Positions 47,962 through 56,840 of a stretch of 60,607 nucleotides of DNA are shown here, one piece after another; position 1 is the stretch's first letter, and each line of letters begins with the position of its first letter. The stretch is taken from NCBI GenBank assembly GCA_964642565.1, contig CAZXPK010000003.1:1-60607 (forward strand). The letters run 5' to 3'. The notes below the pieces were generated by a model, which was not told the DNA's origin, made no database searches, and saw nothing but the letters and a program-made list of their open reading frames with translations. A program made the translations under genes and the position numbers. This stretch comes from an uncultured Anaerolineaceae bacterium. Lineage in GTDB: Bacteria > Chloroflexota > Anaerolineae > Anaerolineales > UBA4823.

Positions 47962-48743
47962 CGATTACTATCGCCCTTGCCGGTAAGGGAGGGGTTGGTA
48001 AAACCACCATCGCGGGGATGGTGATTAAATATCTGGTTCAAAACAAACCTGGTCCGGTCCTCGCCATCGATGCGGATCCAAGCAGTAACCTGAATATGGT
48101 GCTTGGGCTAGATTTGGATTGGACCGTGGGTGATATCCGGGAGGACATGCTGGCGCAGGTAAAAAGCTCAATCGTCGGTGGGGGGGCTGCTATGGGTTCA
48201 CTTCCAGGTGGTATATCCAAACACGATTATTTGGATCTTAAGATCAGGGCGTCGCTTTCAGAAGGTGAAGCATTTGATCTGATCGCCATGGGCCGGTCTG
48301 AAGGGACAGGCTGCTATTGCGCAGTGAATCATAACTTGCGGGAGGTAATTGATTCCATCAGTAAGAACTACCGTTATATTGTGATAGATAACGAAGCAGG
48401 TATGGAGCATCTAAGTCGGCGCACAACACGTGATGTGCAGCATTTGTTGATCGTCAGTGATCCGACCCAACGCGGTATTGTTGCAGCCGAGCGAATCGCC
48501 TCTTTTCGTAATGAGCTGGACATCCAGATTGAGCACGCCTACTTGATCATCAATCGATTGCCGGGGTCGCTTCCACCTGTGCTGCAAGCGGAAATAAATA
48601 AGCTGGATATCCCACTGTTGGGTACCGTCTCCACCGATGAAGAATTAAGTAACTTTGAATTCAGTGGAACACCGCTGGTTGAGCTGGGAAATGATTCACC
48701 AGTTTATCAAGCCGTAGCGGGTATGATGGACTCAATTCTCTAA
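47958..48743 (+). CDS. cooC: CooC/AcsF-type nickel-insertion ATPase (second paralog)
   Basis: LAGKGGVGKTT Walker A and GTGCYCAVN CxC motif. ATGA overlap with the first cooC. Confidence 0.85.
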   Translation: MTITIALAGKGGVGKTTIAGMVIKYLVQNKPGPVLAIDADPSSNLNMVLGLDLDWTVGDIREDMLAQVKSSIVGGGAAMGSLPGGISKHDYLDLKIRASLSEGEAFDLIAMGRSEGTGCYCAVNHNLREVIDSISKNYRYIVIDNEAGMEHLSRRTTRDVQHLLIVSDPTQRGIVAAERIASFRNELDIQIEHAYLIINRLPGSLPPVLQAEINKLDIPLLGTVSTDEELSNFEFSGTPLVELGNDSPVYQAVAGMMDSIL

Positions 48744-48759
48744 CAGGTTGCACGTAGGT

Positions 48760-49416
48760 CTAGCAATTAACTCGCTCATAAAATGCTTCCAATCCACGGA
48801 AGCATTTTGCACTTAATTTATGCCCAACATTGTCCTCACAATAGGTAACTGCTGCGCCACTCTTCTGTAAAAGATCCACACCCATCCTTGCACGCTCAAT
48901 TGGAACCCGCTCATCCTCGGTTCCATGGGCAACGAAAATAGGCATTCCTTTCAACAGTTCATTTCCCATCCAGGCGGATGCACCGTCGGGTAGGAACCCT
49001 GATAAACCCGCTAAGCTTGCAATTCGCTCCGGATACAAGATCGCCATCGTGTAGGCTAAAGCTGCCCCCTGGCTGAAGCCTACTATGTGAAGTTCTGAGA
49101 AATCACCTTCAGGAAGATTTTTACTGGATATCGTATCAAATAATTTTTCCACTGCGGGTATAAAATCGTTTACCCACGGCCAGGGTTTAGATATCTCCGG
49201 GTGCCAGCTGTATCCACTACCCACGGTAGAGAATAAACCTCTTGGCGCAACCATCAAAGAATTCTTGAGTAAACGCGGTGCGAATACCCACATCGAATTT
49301 TCATCACCCGTCCAACCGTGAAGCAGCAATAATACAGGAAAGGGACCTACACCCTCTGGTCGATGAAATCGCATCACCCAGTTATTGATCGAGAAAATTC
49401 CTGCTTCCTCCGACAT
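48760..49416 (-). CDS. alpha/beta hydrolase (phospholipase/carboxylesterase family)
   Basis: Nucleophile elbow GFSQGA plus downstream HGTED and GH motifs. ATG at 49416 (weak AAGG RBS) preferred over the ORF-track TTG at 49476. Confidence 0.75.
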   Translation of the reverse strand: MSEEAGIFSINNWVMRFHRPEGVGPFPVLLLLHGWTGDENSMWVFAPRLLKNSLMVAPRGLFSTVGSGYSWHPEISKPWPWVNDFIPAVEKLFDTISSKNLPEGDFSELHIVGFSQGAALAYTMAILYPERIASLAGLSGFLPDGASAWMGNELLKGMPIFVAHGTEDERVPIERARMGVDLLQKSGAAVTYCEDNVGHKLSAKCFRGLEAFYERVNC

Positions 49417-49665
49417 TGCTACCTTACTAATCTGGAATGTTAGTCTTGACAATCCAATCGATGAACCATAATACAAAGAATATCACTATTATCGGTCTTA
49501 AACCACCAATTATACAGATAAGTCCCACAATAGCCACTCCCCGCCCGTAGCAGGTAGATCGATCTATCACCGACCATGAGTAAGAGGAGAATAGAACCGA
49601 TGACTAAGCGAACTTTCGTCTGTCTGGCATATCGACGCAAGTTACAGCTTACGGGAAATGCTTCA

Positions 49666-50565
49666 CTAGGGTGAAATTATAGACGTGAGTTTACGCCTTA
49701 ATCGATATTGCCAGCTCGCTTCGTTACGAATATCGGGTACTGATTCTAAAGTAGCCAGCTCGCCGGATTTGATCACCTCTGTTATATCCACTCGATCAAT
49801 AATACCGATCGGACCCAGTTCAGGACGGATAACCACCTCGGGCTTCTCCAATTTGAGTTGCTTGTCCAGCAACATCAATCCAGACAGGTCCATGGAATGG
49901 ATAAATAAATTAAATGCCTGAGTCAGGCGTAACCTGCCAGCCAATCGATATACCAGTGGAAGGTTTGTCATTAGGACAGGGATAGTTTCTGCAATCTCAT
50001 TATTCGCAACTTTCTGCCATCCTAAGGGTGGTGAAAGTACTATCGCCACCACAGGTCCATGCGGATACAAAGAACGTGCTTCTGCCACAGGGATGGGATT
50101 TGTCACCCCTCCATCCACCAACATATGCCCACCCATTGATTTCGCTGGAAAGACCCCAGGAGCAGCGCTGGTAGCTAAAACTGCATCGATTAATCGGCCC
50201 TGCTTGATGACAACTGGTAATCCTGAGGTTAAATCTGTAGCTGTCAGAGCTAAAGGGAGGCGTGAATCGTCAAATGTGCGATCTCCAAGCAGCTCACTTA
50301 ATATAGCTGTTACTCCAGCTAACCCGAGTAAAGATGGGCCGTCCCCGTGCATCCGAGAGAATAAATTCCCTTGGTCAATATCCCGTAAGCGAGCTTCCAT
50401 CTCGTCCGGAGAGTAGCCAGCAGCATAAAGTGCCCCTACCAGACCACCCGCACTTGTCCCAGCTACCCCTCGGATACGAAATCCTTCCATCTCCAAGACC
50501 CGTAATACACCAATGTGAGCAAAACCCTTAACCCCACCACCACTTAAGGCTAATGTAATATTCAT
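49666..50565 (-). CDS. patatin-like phospholipase
   Basis: Oxyanion motif SGGGVKGFAHIGVL, serine lipase motif GTSAGG and catalytic DGG. Confidence 0.85.
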   Translation of the reverse strand: MNITLALSGGGVKGFAHIGVLRVLEMEGFRIRGVAGTSAGGLVGALYAAGYSPDEMEARLRDIDQGNLFSRMHGDGPSLLGLAGVTAILSELLGDRTFDDSRLPLALTATDLTSGLPVVIKQGRLIDAVLATSAAPGVFPAKSMGGHMLVDGGVTNPIPVAEARSLYPHGPVVAIVLSPPLGWQKVANNEIAETIPVLMTNLPLVYRLAGRLRLTQAFNLFIHSMDLSGLMLLDKQLKLEKPEVVIRPELGPIGIIDRVDITEVIKSGELATLESVPDIRNEASWQYRLRRKLTSIISP

Positions 50566-50619
50566 CTAAATCATTGTATCATTGAAGGTGAAGCGGTCAA
50601 GGAATGGTAAAATCTGTCC

Positions 50620-50967
50620 GTGAATTCAAAGATCCTATGGAAGGTCGAATATAAGAATGAGATCGAGCGTGCCCTCTTGGCTCGCTCAGATGGTAATGAA
50701 GGCATGGCACGCGTGTGTGCACGTCGTGCAGCTGGGATCATAATAGGTGAATATCTCAATCAACTTGGCTATTCTAGCATGAGCAATAGTGCCTACGATC
50801 GCCTATCGTTATTTATTACCTTACCAAATGTGGACAAAAAACATAAAGAGGTAGCCAGGCATTTTCTTATAAAGGTGAACCTGAATCATAATTTACCGGT
50901 AAAGGCAGACTTGATTAGTGATGTGATTTGGTTAAAAGAGAACTTGATAATAAATGATACCGGATGA
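50620..50967 (+). CDS. hypothetical protein
   Basis: 115-aa ORF with a GTG start. Predicted helical, no motif recognised. Its stop forms an ATGA overlap with the next gene. Confidence 0.4.
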   Translation: MNSKILWKVEYKNEIERALLARSDGNEGMARVCARRAAGIIIGEYLNQLGYSSMSNSAYDRLSLFITLPNVDKKHKEVARHFLIKVNLNHNLPVKADLISDVIWLKENLIINDTG

Positions 50968-51734
50968 CTATGCGCATACTTGCGATCATCAACAGTGATT
51001 ATGGCAACAGGCATCTATCCAACATTGCCCAATGTGCCCCATCTCATTGGGTAATTAACCAATGGAGAGCACCTGTTTTTTTCCCAATGGTTATTGATTA
51101 CCCCGAAGATTTTCTGCCTGTTGAGCTCCCACCAACCGATCTTATCCTTTCTTTCGCTGAACATAAAGGTGTAGCCGAGCTTATCCCCGATATTGCTAAA
51201 TTGACTGGAGCGAAGGCAGTAATCGCTGTTGTGGATAATGAAAATTGTCTTCCGCGCGGTTTGGCACGTCAATTACGCGGATGGTTGGATCAAATGAATG
51301 TTGCCTGTGCGACACCCAAACCTCTCTGTTCTCTGACTGAAACGGATTATTGGGTGACTCGACGACAGCGACTGCAGCACAACAGCCCTCTAATCGCTGA
51401 GTTTGCCCGGTATTTTGGGAAACCAGAATTTTCTATTGCGGTTGATCCTCAAAGTCAGAAAATAATATCAGTGGATGTAAAGCGTGACACAATGTGTGGA
51501 TGTGCACACTATGTAGCCCAAAAATTAATTGGGGTATCCGCTGACGAAGCTGAGTTTGAAGCTGGCATGGCTCATCATCATTTCCCATGTCTGGCAAGTA
51601 TGGGAATCGATGTCGATTTTAGTGACACCCTGATGCATGTATCCGGCAACATCATGAAGGATAATGTTGGTGAGCAGGTAAAATCATACAAGCACATTCA
51701 ATATCTAGCTCCTGGTTTACGCGCAGAAGAATGA
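50964..51734 (+). CDS. conserved-looking Cys/His-rich hypothetical protein (possibly DUF166-like)
   Basis: 256 aa with clustered potential metal ligands (CGCAHY, HHHFPC, MH). The DUF166 resemblance is a memory-based impression only. Confidence 0.5.
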   Translation: MTMRILAIINSDYGNRHLSNIAQCAPSHWVINQWRAPVFFPMVIDYPEDFLPVELPPTDLILSFAEHKGVAELIPDIAKLTGAKAVIAVVDNENCLPRGLARQLRGWLDQMNVACATPKPLCSLTETDYWVTRRQRLQHNSPLIAEFARYFGKPEFSIAVDPQSQKIISVDVKRDTMCGCAHYVAQKLIGVSADEAEFEAGMAHHHFPCLASMGIDVDFSDTLMHVSGNIMKDNVGEQVKSYKHIQYLAPGLRAEE

Positions 51735-51743
51735 TTTTCTTGG

Positions 51744-51785
51744 AAAAAACCTAAGCCGTATCCTTATCGATACGGCTCATTTTAT
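51744..51785. terminator. bidirectional rho-independent terminator
   Basis: 9-bp stem AGCCGTATC (51754-51762) / GATACGGCT (51769-51777). CATTTTAT follows on the plus strand and a T6 run follows on the minus strand. It sits between convergent genes. Confidence 0.6.
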
Positions 51786-51824
51786 ATCTAACAAATAGGT
51801 ATAGGAACTCTTCTATATGTTCGA

Positions 51825-52139
51825 TCAGTCTGGGACTTTTTTCCCCTTCGAGGATTGAATCATTCCCAATGTACTGATAATCACCACGATCAATCGTATC
51901 CACAACGAAATAACGAATACCATGCTTACGAGGCCTAACGAAGCGAATATTATCGCCTTTCTTAAGTCAAAATCAGATGATTCTGATTGAGGGAAAGTAT
52001 ATTCCATCAGGCCTCGATGCAAATTTTGAATGAATTCTGGTCGAGGTGAGACCGGCTTGAGGCTGGACTGTAATATTGATTCAATATCCAGCAGATCTCT
52101 TTTAATCTTTTCCCTTTTATTTATCATAAAATCGAACAT
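51825..52139 (-). CDS. small C-terminally membrane-anchored protein (possible anti-sigma factor)
   Basis: 104 aa, with a soluble N-terminal region of about 60 aa and then one long hydrophobic segment (AIIFASLGLVSMVFVISLWIRLIVVIISTLG). It is the last gene of the sigma-DegV operon. Confidence 0.45.
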   Translation of the reverse strand: MFDFMINKREKIKRDLLDIESILQSSLKPVSPRPEFIQNLHRGLMEYTFPQSESSDFDLRKAIIFASLGLVSMVFVISLWIRLIVVIISTLGMIQSSKGKKVPD

Positions 52140-52154
52140 TTTCCCTCTTTTTAT

Positions 52155-52997
52155 TTATGCGACCGCATAGGCGACGATTCCAATCGTGCCTGGTCCTAAA
52201 TTTGCTGCTACTCCAATCGATAAATCTGATAATATCGCTTCATTAACGCGTAAGGTTTCATTCACTTTCTGCAAAAGTAATTTGGCAGCCTCTATTGAAC
52301 GTGAATGAACGACTGCTACATTCACTAGACGATTATCCACCCGTTGATGAATGATCTCCAACACCCGGTTAATCGATCTTTGGCGTGTCCTAACTACCTC
52401 TCTCATATCCAATGCACCATCTTTTAATATAATGACTGGCTTAATTTTCACTAAAGCTGCCAGTGCTGCTGGCAATGCTTTCACACGCCCACTTCGCCGG
52501 GCATATTCAAGGGTGTCCAAAGTCAGGACGACGTTTATATTTTGGCGAATCATATCCATGCGAGCTAATATTGCCTGTAAGGTTGCTCCCGCTCTTTCAA
52601 GCTGGCGAGCTTCCTTGCACATGAAACCCACGGCCGCGGAACCCGACCCGGTGTCATAGGGTATGATGTTAAGCTTATTCTTCAATTCTTGCGCTGCCAA
52701 GACTGCGGAATTAAACGTACCTGATAATTTGCTGGTCACGTGTAAAGATAATATCGTATCACTTGCCTGTGCAATCCGTTTATAAAAATCCACGAATTGT
52801 TGGGGGGTTGGTTGCGATGTCTTTGGAATGACACCGGTTGAATCTGCTATCTGATAAAAATCATCATCACTCAGGTCGACTCCCTGCTGGTAAGTTTTAT
52901 TTTCAAATTGGATATTTACCGGTATGACTTCAACATCATATTCCGATCGCCAACCTTGCGGGATCTCACCCGCACTATCCATAACTATTTTTAACAT
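52155..52997 (-). CDS. DegV family fatty-acid-binding protein
   Basis: 280 aa. KIVMDSAGEIP N-terminus and the overall DegV/EDD-fold pattern. 1-nt overlap with the sigma-factor gene. Confidence 0.8.
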   Translation of the reverse strand: MLKIVMDSAGEIPQGWRSEYDVEVIPVNIQFENKTYQQGVDLSDDDFYQIADSTGVIPKTSQPTPQQFVDFYKRIAQASDTILSLHVTSKLSGTFNSAVLAAQELKNKLNIIPYDTGSGSAAVGFMCKEARQLERAGATLQAILARMDMIRQNINVVLTLDTLEYARRSGRVKALPAALAALVKIKPVIILKDGALDMREVVRTRQRSINRVLEIIHQRVDNRLVNVAVVHSRSIEAAKLLLQKVNETLRVNEAILSDLSIGVAANLGPGTIGIVAYAVA

Positions 52998-53578
52998 CAG
53001 ATTGTTCCTTTGCTATCTAATTTCTCCTCTTTGGATACAGTATCCATATTAACACGAAGGGCAAGGAGAGTCCGATGATATAGGCTTTTTACAGCCCCCT
53101 CGGTCCTACCCATAATTTGACCAATTTCAGCATTCGACATATGCTCGACAAACTTGAGGATGATCAACTGCTGCCGCTCAGGGGGCAGGTCCCGCATGAT
53201 CCGTAACAAATGGTCCTGCTCCTCCAATTGGAGCAGAGTAACTTCAGGGTGCTCAGAATGCGGTATCGAAGCATATCCCTCATCCAACGATATTTCAGGA
53301 CGCCTACCACGATCACGGTGCCAGTTTGCAACCAGGTTATGCGCAATCCGGTACAGCCATGCTGTTACCGGCAAGCCTCTTTCCTGGTATTGAGGGATTC
53401 TTCGCATGGCACGAAAGAAAACCTTGGCGGTTAAATCTTCCGCATCGTGTTGGTTTCCTGTACGATAATAGACGTAATTAAAGATCCGTTCGACATACTG
53501 TTCATATAGGATGCCGAATGCTTCATGATCTCCCTGAATTGCCCGGTTAAGGTTTATCTCATCACCAATATTTGACAA
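52997..53578 (-). CDS. ECF-type RNA polymerase sigma-70 family factor
   Basis: 193 aa. Region 2 (FGILYEQYVERIFNYVYYRTGNQHDAEDLTAKVF...WLYRIAHNLVANWHRD) and region 4 HTH (MSNAEIGQIMGRTEGAVKSLYHR). Confidence 0.85.
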   Translation of the reverse strand: MSNIGDEINLNRAIQGDHEAFGILYEQYVERIFNYVYYRTGNQHDAEDLTAKVFFRAMRRIPQYQERGLPVTAWLYRIAHNLVANWHRDRGRRPEISLDEGYASIPHSEHPEVTLLQLEEQDHLLRIMRDLPPERQQLIILKFVEHMSNAEIGQIMGRTEGAVKSLYHRTLLALRVNMDTVSKEEKLDSKGTI

Positions 53579-53836
53579 TCAATCACTCTTACCGGTGGGA
53601 GTTCTACAAAAAAGAACCCCGACTGTTGAAAAAAGTTGCTAAAAGTATATCACTTGAGAATATGGATTATCGAAACATGGTTAGCCTAAATTTTATCATT
53701 CTCTCAATGTGTCATTGTCCAATTACATCTACATAAAAAGGTTTATCAAATTGCTCTGTACCCTGCCATGGTCTCTATGGAACAAAATTCTGGTAGCATC
53801 AATCTTCACGACATTTGCTTGAGATATTTTGGATAT

Positions 53837-54310
53837 TTATTGATGATGCAGGACTGCAAGCTGATAAATTCGATCCAACCCATCCGACAGGAACCGTTCA
53901 AGCACCCGGGCTGTTTCCTGATAATCCACCAGCTCACCTCCAATCGGGTCCGGAATATCTTCCACCCTTCCAATCATTTCACTGATCATGAAGATTCGAT
54001 CGGCATATGGTTTAAATTGAAGCGCCAAGCCCTCCTTTTGCTGATCTTCCATGGTGAGGATTAGATCAAATTGCTGCACAAGCTCTAAAGTGGCAGGTCG
54101 GGATTGATGGGTGCTGATATCCAACCCCATTTTTTGCACAACAAATTGCGATAGCATCGCTGCGGGCGAACCATAATTTGCCCAGGTGCCGGCTGATTCG
54201 ATATGCCACTGATCAGCATCTGGTCGATCAGCAACCAATCGCTTTAAGATTGCCTCTGCGATAGGAGATCGGCAAATATTGGCGGAGCAAACAATTAGAA
54301 TTGATGGCAT
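53837..54310 (-). CDS. low-molecular-weight protein tyrosine phosphatase
   Basis: 157 aa. N-terminal P-loop VCSANICRSP (CX5R-S) and a downstream DP motif. Confidence 0.85.
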   Translation of the reverse strand: MPSILIVCSANICRSPIAEAILKRLVADRPDADQWHIESAGTWANYGSPAAMLSQFVVQKMGLDISTHQSRPATLELVQQFDLILTMEDQQKEGLALQFKPYADRIFMISEMIGRVEDIPDPIGGELVDYQETARVLERFLSDGLDRIYQLAVLHHQ

Positions 54311-54479
54311 ATATTCTAATTATATAATTTACTGCTGTAACTTATAGGCATAATAATCACACTCTTTAAGTAGTTATGATTGACAAAGAATAGTTAAAAA
54401 TTACCAGTAATCGTTTTTTATTGTGTTGGGTTCTAAATATTCTCTAATAATCCACCACTCAATCAGGATGATCCTCAAC

Positions 54480-54995
54480 TTATTTGGAGTGCTTTTTCGG
54501 TTGGAGATGACCTGCTTCCAGTTCGATTGGGACATAACGGTCACTCAAAAACTGTAACAATACCCTGACCCGTTCAGTTCCGGAAAGACGGGTATCAAAA
54601 ATTGCTTCATACCCTTCAAAAGGACCAAAATTAATCCGCACAACATCACCTTTATGCAAGTCGTCGAAAACCTCTCCACCAGCTTCAACAATTTCCTCGA
54701 CCCTGCGCATTATGGCATAAATCAAATTATCTGGGACCGGTGATGGCTCTCCGCCAAAACTTACCAAACCAGTTGTATGGGGGAGCCACTGAAAGGTAGA
54801 CAAACCTACTACTTCAATATCTGTGCGAATAAAGAGGTAACCCGGAAAGTACGGTCTGAATTTTCGAGATCGTGGATTGATCGGGTTGACGCGCAGGCGT
54901 GGATAGAACACCTCGTATCCACGCTGCCGAACTTGTTTCCAAACGACATCTTCTTTGCGTGGCTTACTGCGTAATGCATACCACTGTTCTGCCAT
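54480..54995 (-). CDS. NusG-family paralog (NGN + KOW), specialised antiterminator-like
   Basis: 171 aa. WYALRSKPRKE N-terminus and FPGYLFI (NGN domain). C-terminal KOW-like GDVVRINFGPFEGYEAIF. It is not next to secE or rplK. Confidence 0.75.
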   Translation of the reverse strand: MAEQWYALRSKPRKEDVVWKQVRQRGYEVFYPRLRVNPINPRSRKFRPYFPGYLFIRTDIEVVGLSTFQWLPHTTGLVSFGGEPSPVPDNLIYAIMRRVEEIVEAGGEVFDDLHKGDVVRINFGPFEGYEAIFDTRLSGTERVRVLLQFLSDRYVPIELEAGHLQPKKHSK

Positions 54996-55123
54996 TTATA
55001 ACTAGGGTCTCCTATAAATTATTTATTACCCAAGACATGGCACTTAAATGCCATATGGAAATTATTAAATAATACTACCTACTGACCATTTCGTCAGTCA
55101 AAATTTCTCAAGATTATACTCCT

Positions 55124-55882
55124 TCATGCCACCTGAAGTCCTACCATGCGTGAAATAATCTTCCGTATAAGCCAAGCTGGTGGCACCAGGATTAGATGGA
55201 TTAACACGGTGATGCCGAGAACCATCGTAATTGCATCCAATGCGGCTTTAAGAGCAGATCCAAATCTCGTTAATATCCAAGGTCCTACACCTACAATAAG
55301 GACCAATCCGAATAAGATCACCACCACCGATATAAGCGGCAACCAGGCTCTCCTGTCCGATGAGGAAGGCATCATAGTACTGCTAACAGCAAAGATAAGA
55401 TAAAACCATAACCAGAAATCAGGTTTGTCAACCACGGATTTTAATGCCAAATTGATTGAACTGATCTGTCCTTGGGTAAGGTTCTCCCATATGGTATTTA
55501 ATCCCAGACGAGATACCCCTGCATATGCAACAAAAATCCCCCCTGTAACCAATGGAGTAACCCCAATTAACGCATCTCTAAAAAAATCACTTGAGGCCGT
55601 TTCAACATATCCAAGCTGAATCCGGCCACCTTCAAGTTTTTTAGGTATGATGGAAAATCTTCCCGTCCTGACACCCAATAGGTGTGCCATTATAAAATGG
55701 CTGACCTCATGCAAAAGCACCCCTGGTAGAAACATCAAAGAAAATAACGCCATTGATATTTCTGGCTGGCGGGTAATCAATAACAAAATGGCTTGAATTT
55801 CACGTTGCAGGAATCTCTGAAGATATGACAGGGGTACCATCAATAGTAATAGATAAAGAAATGTACCCCAATTAATCATCAA
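55124..55882 (-). CDS. polytopic membrane protein with HExxH motif (putative zinc metalloprotease)
   Basis: 252 aa with multiple TM helices. HEVSH lies at a helix boundary (LLHEVSHFIMAHLLG). Confidence 0.45.
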   Translation of the reverse strand: MMINWGTFLYLLLLMVPLSYLQRFLQREIQAILLLITRQPEISMALFSLMFLPGVLLHEVSHFIMAHLLGVRTGRFSIIPKKLEGGRIQLGYVETASSDFFRDALIGVTPLVTGGIFVAYAGVSRLGLNTIWENLTQGQISSINLALKSVVDKPDFWLWFYLIFAVSSTMMPSSSDRRAWLPLISVVVILFGLVLIVGVGPWILTRFGSALKAALDAITMVLGITVLIHLILVPPAWLIRKIISRMVGLQVA

Positions 55883-55884
55883 GA

Positions 55885-56643
55885 TTAACCGATAGCAGCT
55901 TTAACGATCGGGATGAATTCCGAAGCCTTAAGGCTGGCTCCCCCAACGAGCGCACCATCAATGTCAGGATAGCTGAAAAATTCTCCAGCATTGCTGGCTT
56001 TTACCGAGCCTCCATATAAAATACGCACAATCTCAGCCAATTCATCACCATACATTTGAGCCAATTCCGCGCGAATAATATCAGCAATGACACCATTGGC
56101 TCCATCTGCCGTAGCAGCCCGACCTGTCCCTATCGCCCATACAGGTTCATACGCTATCACCAATGATCCGATGGATTGAGCCTCGACCCCATTCAGGCCA
56201 TCTTTCACCTGTCTGGTTACAACCTCGCGTGTGATCCCAGCTTCATTTTCAGCAAGCGTCTCGCCCACACACATAATGGGCACGAGTTCATGTTCTATGG
56301 CTGCTTTAACTTTCCGGTTAACACTGGCATCAGTCTCTCCAAAATATGCTCGCCGCTCGGAGTGCCCTAAGATTACATACTTACAGAACTCAGCTAACAT
56401 GGGTGGAGCAATTTCACCTGTATATGCACCCGAAGCCTCCCAATGCATATTTTGGGCACCTACGCCAATGGCAGTCCCTTCCAATAATGCTGCTACTGGC
56501 AAAATCGAGGTAAAAGGAGGGCAAAGGACAATTTCGACCCCTTGTATAGCGGTAAGACCTGGCAGTAACTCAGTTATCAAAAGACGGGCTTCTGACACGG
56601 TTTTAAACATTTTCCAATTTCCTGCAACAAACGGACGACGCAT
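55885..56643 (-). CDS. tpiA: triosephosphate isomerase
   Basis: FVAGNWKM, GHSERR and AYEPVWAIGTG motifs. ATG at 56643 preferred over the ORF-track start at 56667. Confidence 0.95.
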   Translation of the reverse strand: MRRPFVAGNWKMFKTVSEARLLITELLPGLTAIQGVEIVLCPPFTSILPVAALLEGTAIGVGAQNMHWEASGAYTGEIAPPMLAEFCKYVILGHSERRAYFGETDASVNRKVKAAIEHELVPIMCVGETLAENEAGITREVVTRQVKDGLNGVEAQSIGSLVIAYEPVWAIGTGRAATADGANGVIADIIRAELAQMYGDELAEIVRILYGGSVKASNAGEFFSYPDIDGALVGGASLKASEFIPIVKAAIG

Positions 56644-56796
56644 AATCACCTCATAGACGCATCTCAATTAAATATCTATAGCATTATCCATAAATCACTT
56701 GGCTGGATCATTTAGTGATTCTTAGTGTTCTACAGCAATATTACCTTCAACCAGTATGTAATAAAAGGGATTTATCTTTCAAAACGTAAATATGCA

Positions 56797-56825
56797 CCTC
56801 CCCAAGCTATTGTTGTGCTGGGGAG
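56797..56825 (-). other. hairpin between pgk and tpiA
   Basis: CTCCCCA(A)GC pairs with GCTGGGGAG (about 9 bp with one bulge), 16 nt downstream of the pgk stop on the minus strand. Possible intra-operon attenuator or stabiliser. Confidence 0.3.
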
Positions 56826-56840
56826 ATGCAATTTATCCTT

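Noticed and set aside
49440-49640. A 66-aa ORF between the patatin and esterase genes as a real small membrane protein gene.
   Set aside because: It is not listed as a feature. There is no convincing RBS, and with the longer TTG start of the esterase it would overlap that gene. It is kept only as a note within a finding.
49666-50565. The patatin-like phospholipase as a possible CBASS (CapV-type) defence effector.
   Set aside because: There is no CD-NTase/cyclase, E1/E2/JAB or other CBASS component adjacent. The neighbours are an esterase and unrelated genes.
54996-55123. Short hairpins (ATGGCA...TGCCAT and ACTGAC...GTCAGT) upstream of the NusG-like gene as possible regulatory RNA.
   Set aside because: The stems are only 6 bp in an AT-rich spacer, which is expected by chance. 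There is no supporting U-tract or conservation information.
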